Shown piece by piece: positions 32,892 through 44,107 of a stretch of DNA of 64,000 bases; within the stretch, counting starts at the first letter, position 1, and each line of letters opens with the position of its first letter. Source of the stretch: an uncultured Planctomycetota bacterium (GTDB taxonomy: Bacteria; Planctomycetota; Planctomycetia; Isosphaerales; Isosphaeraceae); contig CAWJTV010000009.1 of assembly GCA_963845755.1 (NCBI GenBank), forward strand, positions 96,001 through 160,000, given 5' to 3'. Under the pieces are notes generated by a model. It saw only the letters and a program-made list of their open reading frames with translations, ran no database searches and was not told the origin of the DNA. Made by a program: the position numbers and the translations under genes.

Positions 32892-33261
32892 GACACTCCT
32901 CGCTCATCACTACCTCGGTTCGAGACTGTTCCCTACGCCGAAGGCGTTAGACAGCACAGCCCAGGGTCGCCGCAAGGCGGCACCCTGGGAAGCGATCCGC
33001 TCAGAACACCCGTACCCCAACGGGGTTCCACAACCGAGTCCGCCCCATCGTCCCCCGCGGTACCCGGTGCGCCTGCGGCGACCCCGGGCTGTGTTGTGTA
33101 ACGCCTTCGGCGTAAGGACACGATGGTGGATAGTCTCCCCGCGGTACCCAGGTGCGCCTGCGGCGACCCTGGGCTGTGTTGTGTAACGCCTTCGGCGTAA
33201 GGATCGCAACCCAATCCCACGGGTGGCTCCAGGAACCCGGTGGCGTTCGGCGAGGAGTGTC
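32892..33261. mobile_element. MITE with 12-bp TIR GACACTCCTCGC and 9-bp target duplication, carrying three palindromic repeat arms
   Basis: GAAAACTTT at 32883-32891 and 33262-33270; internal TACGCCGAAGGCGTTA..CAGCCCAGGG arms. Confidence 0.75.
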
Positions 33262-33268
33262 GAAAACT

Positions 33269-34644
33269 TTACTTCAACGGGCGTTTCCAATGCCCGGCGC
33301 CGGCAGGATGGACGACACCGATCGCGACCTCCTGGACCATCGCGATGTCGGCCGCGGTGGCCTGGAGTGTCGGGATGGCCCTGGACGGGCTCAATGCCAA
33401 TGAGCTGACACTCACGGCCTTCCGGCGCGGCGTTCGGGGCTGTTCAGTGCGGACCGCGTGCTGGCTCAATGCCAATGAGCTGACACTCACGGCCTTCCGG
33501 CTGAGGACGAATACGGCGTTGGCTTCCGCCTGTCCATCGTGATTGCTGTCGATGAACCGGCCGAGGTTATCTTGCAGGCCGCTCGGGGGTACTCCGTTGA
33601 CCTGGAGCTGGACCGGCTTTGTGAGGGCGAAGGGCTTCTTTGGCGTCAACGTCACCTCGTTGAGCGTCGGGTTATACACCGCCGATTTCAAGGCGACGAC
33701 CTTGGCATTCCTGGCCGTGAACGACTCTTTCTTGCCCGGCGTCGCCAATCGATAGGTCCCCACGCGATTCGCCTCGGCGACATTCACTGCGCCGCTGAAG
33801 TCAACCGTGACCTGGGTGACCATGTGCGTCTTGTTCCGCACGAACTGGACGTTCGTCACAGAGACCAGAGGAGGTGTCGGGGTCGGCATGGGCATCGGCA
33901 TTGGCATCGGCATCGGCGTTGGCGTAGGCGTTGGCGTGGGTGCAGACGCCGATGTTGTCACGGTGAACGGAGTGGAATCGCTGAGACCGTCGAAAGAGGC
34001 GCTAATCGTGACACTGCCCGCGGCGACGCCGGTCACCAGTCCCTGCGATCCGGGGGCGTTGGAAACCGTAGCCACCGCCGGGTTGGAAGAGGTCCAGGTT
34101 GCTTCGGCGCTCACGTCCTCATCCGTCGTAATGTTGTCGGCGTACATGCTCATGGCCATGAATTGCTGGGTGGTGCCCGAGGGAATACGATAGTTGGCCG
34201 GCATCAGCATGATCATGGTGAGAGGCGATGGCGGAAGGACGATGATCGTCCCAAACATGCCGCTCGCCGTCCCGTTTCCGTTGTCGGTCCCGCCGACCGT
34301 GGAGTAATAGGCGAACGTCCCCACATGCGTGAAGGTGTGATCAAACGTGGCGCCGGCGTTGAGCAAGCCGGAATCCCACTGTTCCACGCTTCCCCTCACT
34401 GAGGTCGTGCTGAGATCGTTCGAATCCCACACCCATTCGACGGTGTCTCCCACGTGGACCGTCACGGGATTCGGGGCGAATGCCCCGGCGATGACGTCAA
34501 CCCCGGAACTGGCCAGGAGCGCGCGGTTCTCCAGCGATTCCAGGTCGGGCGCCGGGCCGATCGCGGCCTACGTGCGTCGGGCCGGCTCCCGGGCATCGAT
34601 GCGACGAAGAACCGACTCAACCGCTCGCCGAGAGATCGCGACAC
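33269..34644 (-). CDS. Exported LExRxLL protein: degenerate cupredoxin + Ig-like (Big-2) + Pro/Met linker + C-terminal domain; frameshift ~34550
   Basis: LESLENRALL; VTVHVGDTVEWVW; TWTSSNPAVATVS; collinear with 34785-36026. Confidence 0.8.
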
Positions 34645-34784
34645 CAGAGGATCCTCCCTGTATCAAGAAGTAATGTTTACGTTGTTATTTTGTATGATCA
34701 GAATGCAACGATCGAGCTGGCTCGCGTCGGAAACGGGCCGGCCGCCGTCGAGGCCGGCCCGTTTCCCGGTGTGGGACGCGGGAT

Positions 34785-36026
34785 TCAAGCCATCGGCCCC
34801 GACTTGTGCTTCGAACCCGCGGAGGCGGCCGACGAAGTCACATCACTCGTCACGGCCACGTCGGGCGTCAGGGCAGCGATCGCCTGGAAGGTCGGAGCTT
34901 CGCCGGCGGACGTCGCGACGACGGCACTCAGGGTTACCCCCTTGGAGCGGAGCACGGCGACGGCGTTGCCGCCCGCCACGCCGTCGTGGTTGCCGTCGAT
35001 CAGCCGGCCCTCGCCGTCTTGCAGGCCCGCCGGCGGCAACCCCTCGACCTGGACCTGGACCGGCTTCGTGAGGGCGAACGGCTTCTTCGGCGTCAGCACC
35101 ACGTCGTTGAGCGACGGGTTATACACCGCCGATTTCAGCTTGATGACCTTGGCATTCTTGGCGGTGAACGAATTCTTCTTGCCCGGCATCGCCAACCGGT
35201 AGGTCCCCACGCTATCCGCCTGGGCGGCGTTCACCGCACCGCTGAAGTCGACCGTGACCTGGGTGACCATGTGCTTCTTGTTCCGCACGAACTGGACGTT
35301 CGTCATCGAGATCAGGGGCGGGGGAGCCGGGGGCGGCACGATCACCGTGAGTTGCGTCGCGCCGTTGAGGCCGTTCAACGATGCGGTGATGGTGGAAGTG
35401 CCCTGCCCCACGCCGGTCGCCAGGCCCTGCGAACCCGACGCGTTGGAGACGGTGGCCACCGATGTGTTCGAGGAGCTCCACGTCACCTGGCTCGTCAGGT
35501 CCTCCGTCGTGTTATCGGAGAGTGTACCCATGGCCATAAACTGCTCGCTGGCATTCGGGGCGATGCTCGGGTTGGCCGGCATCACCATGAGCGAACTGAG
35601 GGTTGCCGGGGCGAGGACGTCGATCGTCCCGCTCATGCCCCCCGCCGTCCCGTTCCCATTGTCGAACCCGTGAATCTTGCAGTAATAATTGAACGTCCCG
35701 GTCTGGTTGAATGTCTGATCGAACACGAAACCCGTGTTCTTCACGCCGGAGTCCCAGGACACGGCGCTTCCCGCCACCGAAGTCGTGCTGTGATCGCTCG
35801 TCTGCCAGACCCACTCGACGGTGTCGCCCGTGTGGATCGTCACGGTGCTCGGGCTGAATGCGAAGTTGACGACGTCAACGGTGACCGTGGTCAAGAGCGC
35901 CCGGTCTTCCAGGAATTCCATCGTGGGGAGTCGGCCCACTCGAGGCCGACGCACCCGATGGCGGCCCTGGGATGTCAACACGCCGAGCACCCGATGCAAC
36001 TGCGGATTCAAGAGCGATCGCGACAT
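34785..36026 (-). CDS. Exported LExRxLL protein: plastocyanin-like cupredoxin + Ig-like (Big-2) + C-terminal domain
   Basis: MEFLEDRALL; type-1 Cu ligands DHSTTS and YYCKIHG..GM; TWSSSNTSVATVS. Confidence 0.88.
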   Translation of the reverse strand: MSRSLLNPQLHRVLGVLTSQGRHRVRRPRVGRLPTMEFLEDRALLTTVTVDVVNFAFSPSTVTIHTGDTVEWVWQTSDHSTTSVAGSAVSWDSGVKNTGFVFDQTFNQTGTFNYYCKIHGFDNGNGTAGGMSGTIDVLAPATLSSLMVMPANPSIAPNASEQFMAMGTLSDNTTEDLTSQVTWSSSNTSVATVSNASGSQGLATGVGQGTSTITASLNGLNGATQLTVIVPPPAPPPLISMTNVQFVRNKKHMVTQVTVDFSGAVNAAQADSVGTYRLAMPGKKNSFTAKNAKVIKLKSAVYNPSLNDVVLTPKKPFALTKPVQVQVEGLPPAGLQDGEGRLIDGNHDGVAGGNAVAVLRSKGVTLSAVVATSAGEAPTFQAIAALTPDVAVTSDVTSSAASAGSKHKSGPMA

Positions 36027-36429
36027 AGAATGATCCTCGGTTGTGGCTCAATCTCTCGAGCGATGGATGGAAGACTTTGTTCCCGTGCTTGTTCAGGCTC
36101 ATTGCGGTCGGGCGGACGAACGGCTCTGGAGGGGGACGGGAACGATGACCCCCGAGTGAACCCGGAGGCGCGCGCACCCGCCTCGTCAAGGACAGCGACC
36201 ACGAATCAAAAATGCCGATTCTCGGATTTAAGCGCTTCTCTGTCCGCAGATGAAACAACTGTCCCGAGAAACCGAGCTGATTCGGTTCGCCCAAGCTGAA
36301 ACCACCGAGTGGAAGTGATCCGCTACCCTCCTAAGTGGAGAGAACGAGGAGACGGGTTACATCTTTTTCTGAAAAGGGGCGCGCCGGACAGCCGTTATCC
36401 TGACATCATCGACGACGATGATGGCCCTT

Positions 36430-36623
36430 GGAACGCTGACGAAGCAACTTCCCGGAATCGGACCAGCCCTAACTCGTTCCCACGCTCTGCGTGGGAATGC
36501 CTTCTTCGACGCTCTGCGTCGCGGCCTTCGTCCCCGCCCGTGGGACGCGGAGCGTCCCGGACGGCATTCCCACGCGGAGCGTGGGAACGAGGGGAAATCG
36601 GGAGGTTGTTTCATCAGCGTTCC
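36430..36623. mobile_element. Empty 194-bp MITE with REP-like palindromic core
   Basis: TIRs GGAACGCTGACGAAGCAAC / GTTGTTTCATCAGCGTTCC; sits in a GGCCC-TT-GGGCC palindrome. Confidence 0.8.
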
Positions 36624-36982
36624 TTGGGCCGTGGGCTTGGCAACGCGATCGTCTTCCGTTCCGCTGATCCCCGAATTCTGTAACCAATCGTCGGGATTCC
36701 GCCTCTATATTGGGGGAGAGTAACGAGCCCTGGCGAGTCCCGATCTGCCGGCGCAAATCTTTCCTTCTAGGGCGTGAGGCGGTCGCGAGAAAGGCTCCGT
36801 GGGGGGAAGGTGATTGTCCGCGGTCGCTGTGCAGCCATCCCGACCGCGACCGATGACTGCCTGAGATCGTGTCAGGCCGAGAAAAAAGCTGAAATGGGAT
36901 TCAGGCGCCGATATCTAGGGAAGGTTGACCGGTCTCGATCCCGGAGTTCGGGCGTGAGGATGGATCGCAGGAGGTTTTCCCA

Positions 36983-37753
36983 GTGAGCTGGATTCCAGAT
37001 CGGTATGCAGGTCGGCGCCGACCAAATCGGGAACAGGCTCCAGCGATCGTCGAGATCCTGGAGAGGCGCTCTCTCCTGGCCACGGTCACCGTGGACGTCA
37101 TCAATTTCGCCTTCAACCCGGACCCGGTGACCATCCACGTGGGCGACACGGTCCATTGGGTCTGGGACGCGGACGATCACAGCACGACTTCCGTGGCGGG
37201 GAGCCTCGAGTCGTGGGATTCCGGCGTTCTCAATACCGGTGCCACATTCGATCACACGTTCGAGCAAGCGGGAACTTACGTCTACTACTGTAAGATTCAT
37301 GGCTTCGACAATGGGAATGGGACCGCGAGTGGGATGGCTGCCTCGATCGTCGTCCTCCCCTCACCCACACCGACACCGACGCCCACACCGACACCGACGC
37401 CCACACCGACACCGACACCGACGCCCACACCGACGCCGACGTTTCCATCCGCGATTGGACGCTTCCGAGTTACACCCTTGAAAGTCCAGGCGACCCAATT
37501 CAAGACATATCACGGTCTAATTGCCAACTTCACCGACCCTCAGGTCACCCAGGCCCAGGGTTTCCACGTCAAGATCAATTGGGGGGACGGGTCCAAGCCA
37601 ACGCCTGGGCATGTTGAGGCCCGGGGCAAAGGCCGGTATTCGATCATCAGCCAGCACCGGTATGTCAAACCTGGCAGGTTCCACATAACCGTCACCGTTG
37701 GCGCACTCGGGAAAAAAATCCAGACGGAGAGCCTCGTGCGCGTCATCAGATAG
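36983..37753 (+). CDS. Exported LExRxLL protein: cupredoxin + (PT)n linker + PKD/Ig-like domain
   Basis: VEILERRSLL; DHSTTS, YYCKIHG..GM; long PT linker; INWGDG and HRYVKPG..ITVTV. Confidence 0.85.
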   Translation: MSWIPDRYAGRRRPNREQAPAIVEILERRSLLATVTVDVINFAFNPDPVTIHVGDTVHWVWDADDHSTTSVAGSLESWDSGVLNTGATFDHTFEQAGTYVYYCKIHGFDNGNGTASGMAASIVVLPSPTPTPTPTPTPTPTPTPTPTPTPTPTFPSAIGRFRVTPLKVQATQFKTYHGLIANFTDPQVTQAQGFHVKINWGDGSKPTPGHVEARGKGRYSIISQHRYVKPGRFHITVTVGALGKKIQTESLVRVIR

Positions 37754-37891
37754 AGAATTGACACCAACCTACGCAAGCAAGACGACCTCCCCGTCACGAC
37801 ACCTCTGATTCGCGCGGGCTCGTCGGTCCTCTGAGCCGCGACGTACCCGAAACTGGATCCCATCCTTCAACGACGTTGGGATGAATCGATC

Positions 37892-38967
37892 ATGGACAAG
37901 GCACTTCCGAGCTGGCTCGTGGTTCCTGGGATCGCCCTATCTCTCCTCGCCGCCGAGATCCGATGGAGTGGAGCGGTCAGGGCCGCCGGATGGCCTGCGG
38001 AAAGGGATGACCAGGCCTCGAGCCCGGTCCGCTGGGCATTGCGGACCGAAGCCGCCGAAGTCGTGCAGGCCGCTTCGCCGCCCCAGTCCGCGACCAGCCG
38101 TCAGCCGAACTCGGAGCCGATGCCATCGGGAGCCGAGACGACCGAGCCACCGCGAGCGAGCACTTTCCCCGCAGCGGTCATCCAGGTTTACCGGGCGTCG
38201 TGTCTGCAATGTCACGACAACGATGGACGAGGCGAGGTTGGCCGCGCCGTGTCGTCGAAAATCCCGGATTTCACCCATCCGCAGTGGCAATCATCCCGGA
38301 CCGACCCTGAGTTGAGCCACTCGATCCTCGAAGGTAAGGGGAAATCGATGCCCCGGATGAAGGATAAGCTAGGATCCGTCGATGTGAAGCTGATGGTGGC
38401 TTTCGTGCGGGCGTTTCGCGGGGGAAACCAGGTCGTCGATGATGAGCCCGAGGAACCGCCGACAGCCGCGCAACCCTCCGAAACCCGGAGTCCCAACAGC
38501 GAGCGCCTACCCGTCCATGCGCCTTCGCCTCCCGGCCAGCAGGAGCCGAAGGTCCGGGAAGCCCAGCGACTCTTCCAGCGATCCTGCGTCGCCTGCCACG
38601 GTTCCGACGGCAAGGGGATGGGGATGAGAGACAACCTGCCGACCATCCCCGATTTTACCGTCCTCGACTGGCAACAGAAACGGAGTGACCCCCAGTTGGT
38701 CGTGAGCATTCTGGACGGCAAAGGGACCGGGATGCCGGCGTTCCGCGACAAGGTCGCCAGCGAGCGCGTCCGCGACCTGGTGGCGCTCATCCGCAGGTTC
38801 GCGCCGGGATGAGCCCATCGGCAGGATCCGCCCCGGACGATTTCGAGATCCGCTTCAATCAACTCTTCAAGGAGTTCGAGTCGCTCGATAAGCAGATCCG
38901 AGCACTCTCGCAGCCCGCATCGGGCAGCACCGCGGCACCCCCGGCGAAGGGAAGCCGCAACCGATGA
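37892..38967 (+). CDS. Exported diheme c-type cytochrome; probable frameshift ~38810 adding a coiled-coil tail
   Basis: CLQCH..IPDFT..W..GKG.SMP and CVACH..IPDFT..W..GKG.GMP; ORF stops at 38812 but DDFEIRFNQLFKEFESL continues in another frame to TGA 38967. Confidence 0.85.
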
Positions 38968-38998
38968 AACGCAGTCATGTGGTTACCCACAGAAAACG

Positions 38999-39339
38999 GG
39001 TTCATCCGGATTTCGCGCCCGACCGATCAGGAAGCCGTGAATTGGTGACCACGAAGCCGCCACGAATCGCCCCGAAGGGGCCCCGACAAACCAGCCCGGG
39101 GCAACGCCCCGGGGACGCGTCGCCCACCCCAATCCCTGCCCTGAAGGGGCCAGACAAACCGGGCCGGCGGCCTGCACCTGTGTCGCCCTTTCAGGGCATT
39201 TTCCCGTTGGGGGCTCCGTTCCCGGGGCGTTGCCCCGGGCTGTTATCTTGCGGCCCCTTCGGGGCAAGGATTCGCCGTGGGCGAGGCCAGATCACAACTC
39301 CACCGTTTTCAAGACCGGCGCGCCGGATCCGGATGAACC
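38999..39339. mobile_element. MITE with TIR GGTTCATCCGGAT and ~8-bp AT-rich duplication (ISL3-like ends) carrying a palindromic cassette
   Basis: Flanks AGAAAACG / AGAAAAACG; cargo GCCCCGAAGGGGCC..CCCGGGGCAACGCCCCGGG..GCCCTTTCAGGGC. Confidence 0.7.
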
Positions 39340-39520
39340 AGAAAAACGGTGGAGTCCCAAGAAACTAGTAACCGGGACCTGGGATCGGGGATCTGTTAAG
39401 GTGGGCCGCTCAAAGTTGGAGATGGCTTCGAGAGGTGCCGTGGTTGTTCTGGACCGAGATCAATGAGCCTCGACAAGAGTCATCGCTCGTCGAGAGCGAG
39501 ATTGGGAACAGGTCGGCCCT

Positions 39521-40000
39521 GTGGACTCTCAAACGCCCGACTCTCGCCTCCGAGTTCGCGTCCGCCAGCTCCTGGTGGCGATGATGTTCATCATGGCCGT
39601 TCCAGGCGTCTCGGCCGTCGAGGTCATGAGGCATCCGGCTCTCCTTGCCGATCGCCGGTCGTGTGAGTGTGCCTCGTGCTCTCGAGGTAAGCCCTGTTGT
39701 TGCCTCCCGGACAACCCGCCGACGCGATTTGAAGAGCAGCCCCCCGATCCGGCGACGCAGCCCTCCAGGCGAGGCGCCCGAGCCTGTGTGGGCGCCATCC
39801 CGTGCGGCGGGGATGAACCATCCGGAATCGTGAGTTCGCGCCTCCCCGTTCAGCAAGCCGACTTCCGGTTCCTGAGTCTCTCGACTCCGAGACCTCGCGG
39901 GTCGTACTGGACCATGCCCTCGTCGCTCCTCCGCTCATCCCTTCTTCGTGCCCGACTCGACGAACCCCCGGAACCGCGCGGCCACTCCGACGGCGTCTGA
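39521..40000 (+). CDS. Small Cys-rich protein with N-terminal hydrophobic segment (DUF2946-like architecture)
   Basis: QLLVAMMFIMAVPG; CECASCSRGKPCCC; ACVGAIPCGG; C-terminal RLDEPP. Confidence 0.55.
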   Translation: MDSQTPDSRLRVRVRQLLVAMMFIMAVPGVSAVEVMRHPALLADRRSCECASCSRGKPCCCLPDNPPTRFEEQPPDPATQPSRRGARACVGAIPCGGDEPSGIVSSRLPVQQADFRFLSLSTPRPRGSYWTMPSSLLRSSLLRARLDEPPEPRGHSDGV

Positions 40001-40353
40001 GCCGCGACCCGGGCCGAATCCCAGATTTCCGATTCGGGAATCATCCCCATCTGGAATCTGAAATTCGGAATCGCCAGTATGTAAACGCGTTATTGATATC
40101 CTTCGGAGGGCGACGCGAATTCGTTGACCCGTACGCGAAGCGATCGCATCTTCGCGCAGCCAAGGCGCCGAGGAGCCGCCATCCTGCCGGCCCGAACCAA
40201 TCCGCCGTCACTCGCCGTGACGATCGGTTCCGGGGTGCGTTCGCCCCTCCCCGGGCACCGAGTTCGCATCCGGCGCGGATCCTGACGGGGAACGGCCCGA
40301 TGTCCCTTCACTTCCCTGGAATCATCACCATTATGTCAATAAGGGGAAATGAC

Positions 40354-41325
40354 ATGAATCGCCCCCGTGGTTTCACACTGATCGAGCTCCTGGTCGTCAT
40401 CGCCATCATCTCGGTGTTGATCGCCCTGCTCCTGCCCGCGGTCCAATCGGCCCGCGAGGCGGCGAGACGTGTTCAGTGCACCAACAATCTCAAGCAACTG
40501 GGGATCGCACTGCATAACTATCACGACTCGATCGGCGCATTCCCGCCCGGGTATTTGTCCCTGAAAGACCCGGTCACGTTCGACAACGACGGTCCTGGGT
40601 GGGGCTGGGCGGCCCGCTCCCTGGGTCAGATGGAGCAGGCTTCCCTGTTCAACAGCATCAATTTCCCGCTCGGGATCGAGTTTCCGGCCAACCAGACGGC
40701 CCGGCAGACGCTCCTCGCCTCATTCCTCTGCCCGTCCGATGCCTGGAGATCGGACAGATTCACCGTCGTCAACTCGAGCACCAGCGGTACCACGCCCGGT
40801 GCTCCGATCTGCGTGGTCGCATCATCGAACTACGTCGGGTCGTTTGGCAAGGGGGATCCTTCGAGCCTCTACCCTTACATCATGGATGCCGACGATGGCC
40901 CGCCCGGGCGCGACAATGGCGACGGTCTCTTCTACCGGAATAACTCGGTGAACATCGCCCAAATCCTGGATGGAAGCAGTCAAACCTTCGCCGTCGGCGA
41001 GCGGAGCCAGAACCTCTCTCGCGCGTGCTGGAGCGGGGCCGTTACGAACGCAGCCGTCCCCCTGGTGGCGCTCCAGGCCGAAGCCGGGCTCGACCCCGAG
41101 GGCGGTGGGGCGATGGTCCTGTCCCATACCGGCGAGGGGCACGGTCCCAATTCCCCCTCGGGCCTGGCCCACGGCGACCAATACTGGTCGCTCCATCCCG
41201 GGGGGGCCAACTTCCTCTTCGCCGACGGGAGTGTCCGTTTCATCAAGGAACAGGTCGGCTTCCAGATATTCCAGGCCCTCGCCACGCGAGCCGGCGGCGA
41301 GGTCCTTTCGGCCGATTCCTTCTGA
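40354..41325 (+). CDS. DUF1559 prepilin-type protein
   Basis: [60 protein letters not shown]. Confidence 0.95.
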   Translation: MNRPRGFTLIELLVVIAIISVLIALLLPAVQSAREAARRVQCTNNLKQLGIALHNYHDSIGAFPPGYLSLKDPVTFDNDGPGWGWAARSLGQMEQASLFNSINFPLGIEFPANQTARQTLLASFLCPSDAWRSDRFTVVNSSTSGTTPGAPICVVASSNYVGSFGKGDPSSLYPYIMDADDGPPGRDNGDGLFYRNNSVNIAQILDGSSQTFAVGERSQNLSRACWSGAVTNAAVPLVALQAEAGLDPEGGGAMVLSHTGEGHGPNSPSGLAHGDQYWSLHPGGANFLFADGSVRFIKEQVGFQIFQALATRAGGEVLSADSF

Positions 41326-41385
41326 TCCGGACCAGGCGCCCACCGCGGTGACTCGTTCGCATTGCTGTAACGGACACTCGAGTTC

Positions 41386-41667
41386 GAGACTTCTCGCTCC
41401 ATACCACCGAACTGGGACCGTCCGTGGCTGATTCTTGCCCCGGAGGGGTTGCAACAAACCAGCCTGGGGCAACGCCCCAGGAAGAAGGCGCCGATCTCCT
41501 CCCCGCCGAGCCCTGTAAGGGCGGCACAAGCCGGAGCAATCGCGGCCGCTGTACCGCCCTTTCAGGGCTTGATCTCTGGGAGCGATTCGATTCCCGGGGC
41601 GTTGCCCCGGGCTGGTTTGTTGCGGCCCCTTCGGGGCGAATCGTGGCGGTGTTTAGCGAGGAGTCTC
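41386..41667. mobile_element. MITE with TIR GAGACT(T/C)CTCGCT carrying the same cassette family as 38999-39339
   Basis: TIR related to the 32892 element; flanks CGAGTTC / CGATTTC; cargo ~41437-41637. Confidence 0.6.
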
Positions 41668-41690
41668 CGATTTCTCGTATCACGCAGGGC

Positions 41691-42225
41691 CTAGGGGAGG
41701 GGTTGGGCAGCAGGTATCCCCGCGGCAGGCTGCTGTGGAGGCGCTCCCGCCTGGTCGCCGACCTGGAAGGGACCGGGCCCATTCGGCGGCGCCGCCGGCC
41801 TGGGCGTGGGGGCGTCTCCCCGTAGTTCGGCGATCGGCTGGGGGAAGACCGACCGCTTTGGCGAAGGCTCCACCGAGGGTGTCGGTGGGCCGACGTCGTC
41901 CCATCGCCGCAGAAAATACATGAGCTGACGGTATTCCTTGCCGGTGAGATAGGCCTGGTCGCGCATGTGCGTCATCGCCACGTGATAGTTGCTGAACGGG
42001 CGCTCGCCCAGCGGGCGCGCATTGTGGCATGAGCCGCAATACATCTTGAACAGTTGCCCCCCGGCCGCGGCGTCGTCGTACTCTCCCGTGAGTTCGCGAG
42101 GCGGGTTGAACGGGCATGCCCTCCTTCGTGCTGTAGTTTCGGCTGATCGTATGCGGTGAAGGGGTCTCGCAGCCCGCCACGAGGACGACAAGCACAACCA
42201 GCCCAGGCCGACAGAGACGATTCAT
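41691..42225 (-). CDS. Monoheme cytochrome c lipoprotein; apparent frameshift ~42120
   Basis: MNRLCRPGLVVLVVLVAGC lipobox; GGQLFKMYCGSCHNAR..MTHM; AAGGAGG RBS. Confidence 0.82.
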
Positions 42226-42246
42226 CGTGCCCACCTCCTTCGTCGT

Positions 42247-43859
42247 TCAGAATCCCCAGACAATCTGGCCGATGAAACCGTTGTCCCTCAATGACGGGAC
42301 GCCCAGCTCGTCATAATTCTCGATCGCGAGCTTGAGGGCCAGCGACGGATAGAACCAATAATTCACGCCGATGGTATACCGGTTCCGGTCGAGGGGCATG
42401 CGCGCATACGGGAGGCCGAATGCCGCCGAAGTTGATCCCGGTCTGTGCGATGTTGATCCCATCGAACTGGACATGATCGAAACGGAAGACCCACTCCAGT
42501 TTCTGCAAGATCGGATTGGAGTTGTCGTATTGTCGATAGGCGACCTGGGCATAGAGTCCCTGCCGGTGGATGGGCCTGGACGGCGTCGACTGGTCCATGT
42601 GGGCCATCTCGAACCGCGCATCCCAATTGCCTTTGTGGTAGTTCGCGTCGATATCCCAGAGATTCAAGTTGTTATTAGCTGCGTCGTAGGCCTGGTTCGC
42701 CAGGCCGGAGATTCCCGCGATGAAGCCGACTTTCGGGATCGACAGGCCGAGTCGACCGCCCCAGGCCTTGGCACCATTCACGTCGACGGTCGAGTCCGTG
42801 AAATTGCTGAGGTCGGAGTAGACCTTCGGCGATAGGTTGCTGCCGGCAACCGACAGCCCGTTCGCCACGAACCCGACATATTCCAGCTTCACGGGCGAGT
42901 CAAAGAGATACTTCGCCCCGCGCAATTGCAAGCCGTCGAAATACAGTTGGTTCGGATACACCTGGTTGAACATAAGCGGATTGTCTGGAGTCTTGAGTAC
43001 CCATCCCAGCCGAAGGCGCTCGGTATAGAAACCAATCGGTGAGTAGAACCGGCCTGCGACGAAGGTCAAGCTGTCGTTGATGAACCACTCGGCTTGCATC
43101 CGACAGATCTGCAGCGAGCTGCCCAGGAGGATGATGTTCGCACTCATCATCCATCGCTCATTCAAGAGTATGTAGGGGTGGAGCTGGAGGGTCGGTGGGA
43201 TGAAGGTGGAGTTTTGCTTGCTGAAGGCGGTAAACTGCTGATCCAACATACCGTAGATGGCCAGGGGTGATTCGTTGTTGCGAGTCGGCAGGAAGAGCTC
43301 CCGGAGGGTTGACGGCAGGACCGGATCGGTGCGAGTCAAGGCGTCGACCTGCTCGAACAGATCGTCGCGCAACTTCGCCAGCGCCTGATCGCGCTGGGCA
43401 CCTTGCAGGATGCGGGCCTCCTGGGTCGCGACCTGTTCCTGGAGCTTCTCGACCGCCGCGCCCGTGGCAGGCTGCTTCTTGGCCTGGTCGGCGAGCAGTT
43501 GGGTCATCCTGAGCAGGACGTTGATCTGCTTCTGTTGCAGGTCGACCTGCCGCCTTGAGACGATCGATCTCCGGCCCGGACGCGGCCTTCGCCTGGGCCT
43601 GCGCCTGGCCGAGGTCCTGGAGCTCCTGACCGATCCGAGCCAATTCCGGCGGCCGGTTCGGCTCGGCAACCTCGGTCTTGCCCGGATCGGGTTCGGCTGG
43701 CCGGGAGGCATCGGGCGGCACGCCCTGTCCTCGCACTTCTTCGGCCCACGACCACCATCCAATCACGAGGACGATGGGTATGATGGCTCTTGGAATTGGC
43801 AAAGCATGGACTCCGTCCGTAACGTGCCCAGAAGAACGGGGGATGATATGACCCCGCAT
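42247..43859 (-). CDS. Outer-membrane beta-barrel (porin-like) with N-terminal coiled coil; apparent frameshifts ~43555, ~42420
   Basis: Coiled-coil QVDLQQKQINVL; amphipathic strands (AGRFYSPIG, WGGRLG, GLYAQVAYR, YTIGVNYW); terminal GQIVWGF. Confidence 0.8.
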
Positions 43860-44107
43860 GAGTCAGTCGGCGACCGGTGTCGCCGGAGATACCTCGTGCA
43901 CCGACGACGACTGGTCATCCCGCCCACTCGTGGGACCGGATTCGGTGCATGAGCGACCTGAGATCAGCCGGAGAGCGGCCGAGACGTGAAGTGGTCCATC
44001 CGTTCAACGATCGGCAAACACGGACAGAGAACTATTGGAAAATCCGACAAACCTCGCCAGGGCAACGGGGAAGTGGAGATCGAGGCGTCTTCTCCTGCCG
44101 GCGGCCG

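Noticed and set aside
32930..33205. Three palindromic arms as a mini-CRISPR
   Set aside because: One arm is inverted relative to the others and all lie inside a TIR/TSD-bounded element
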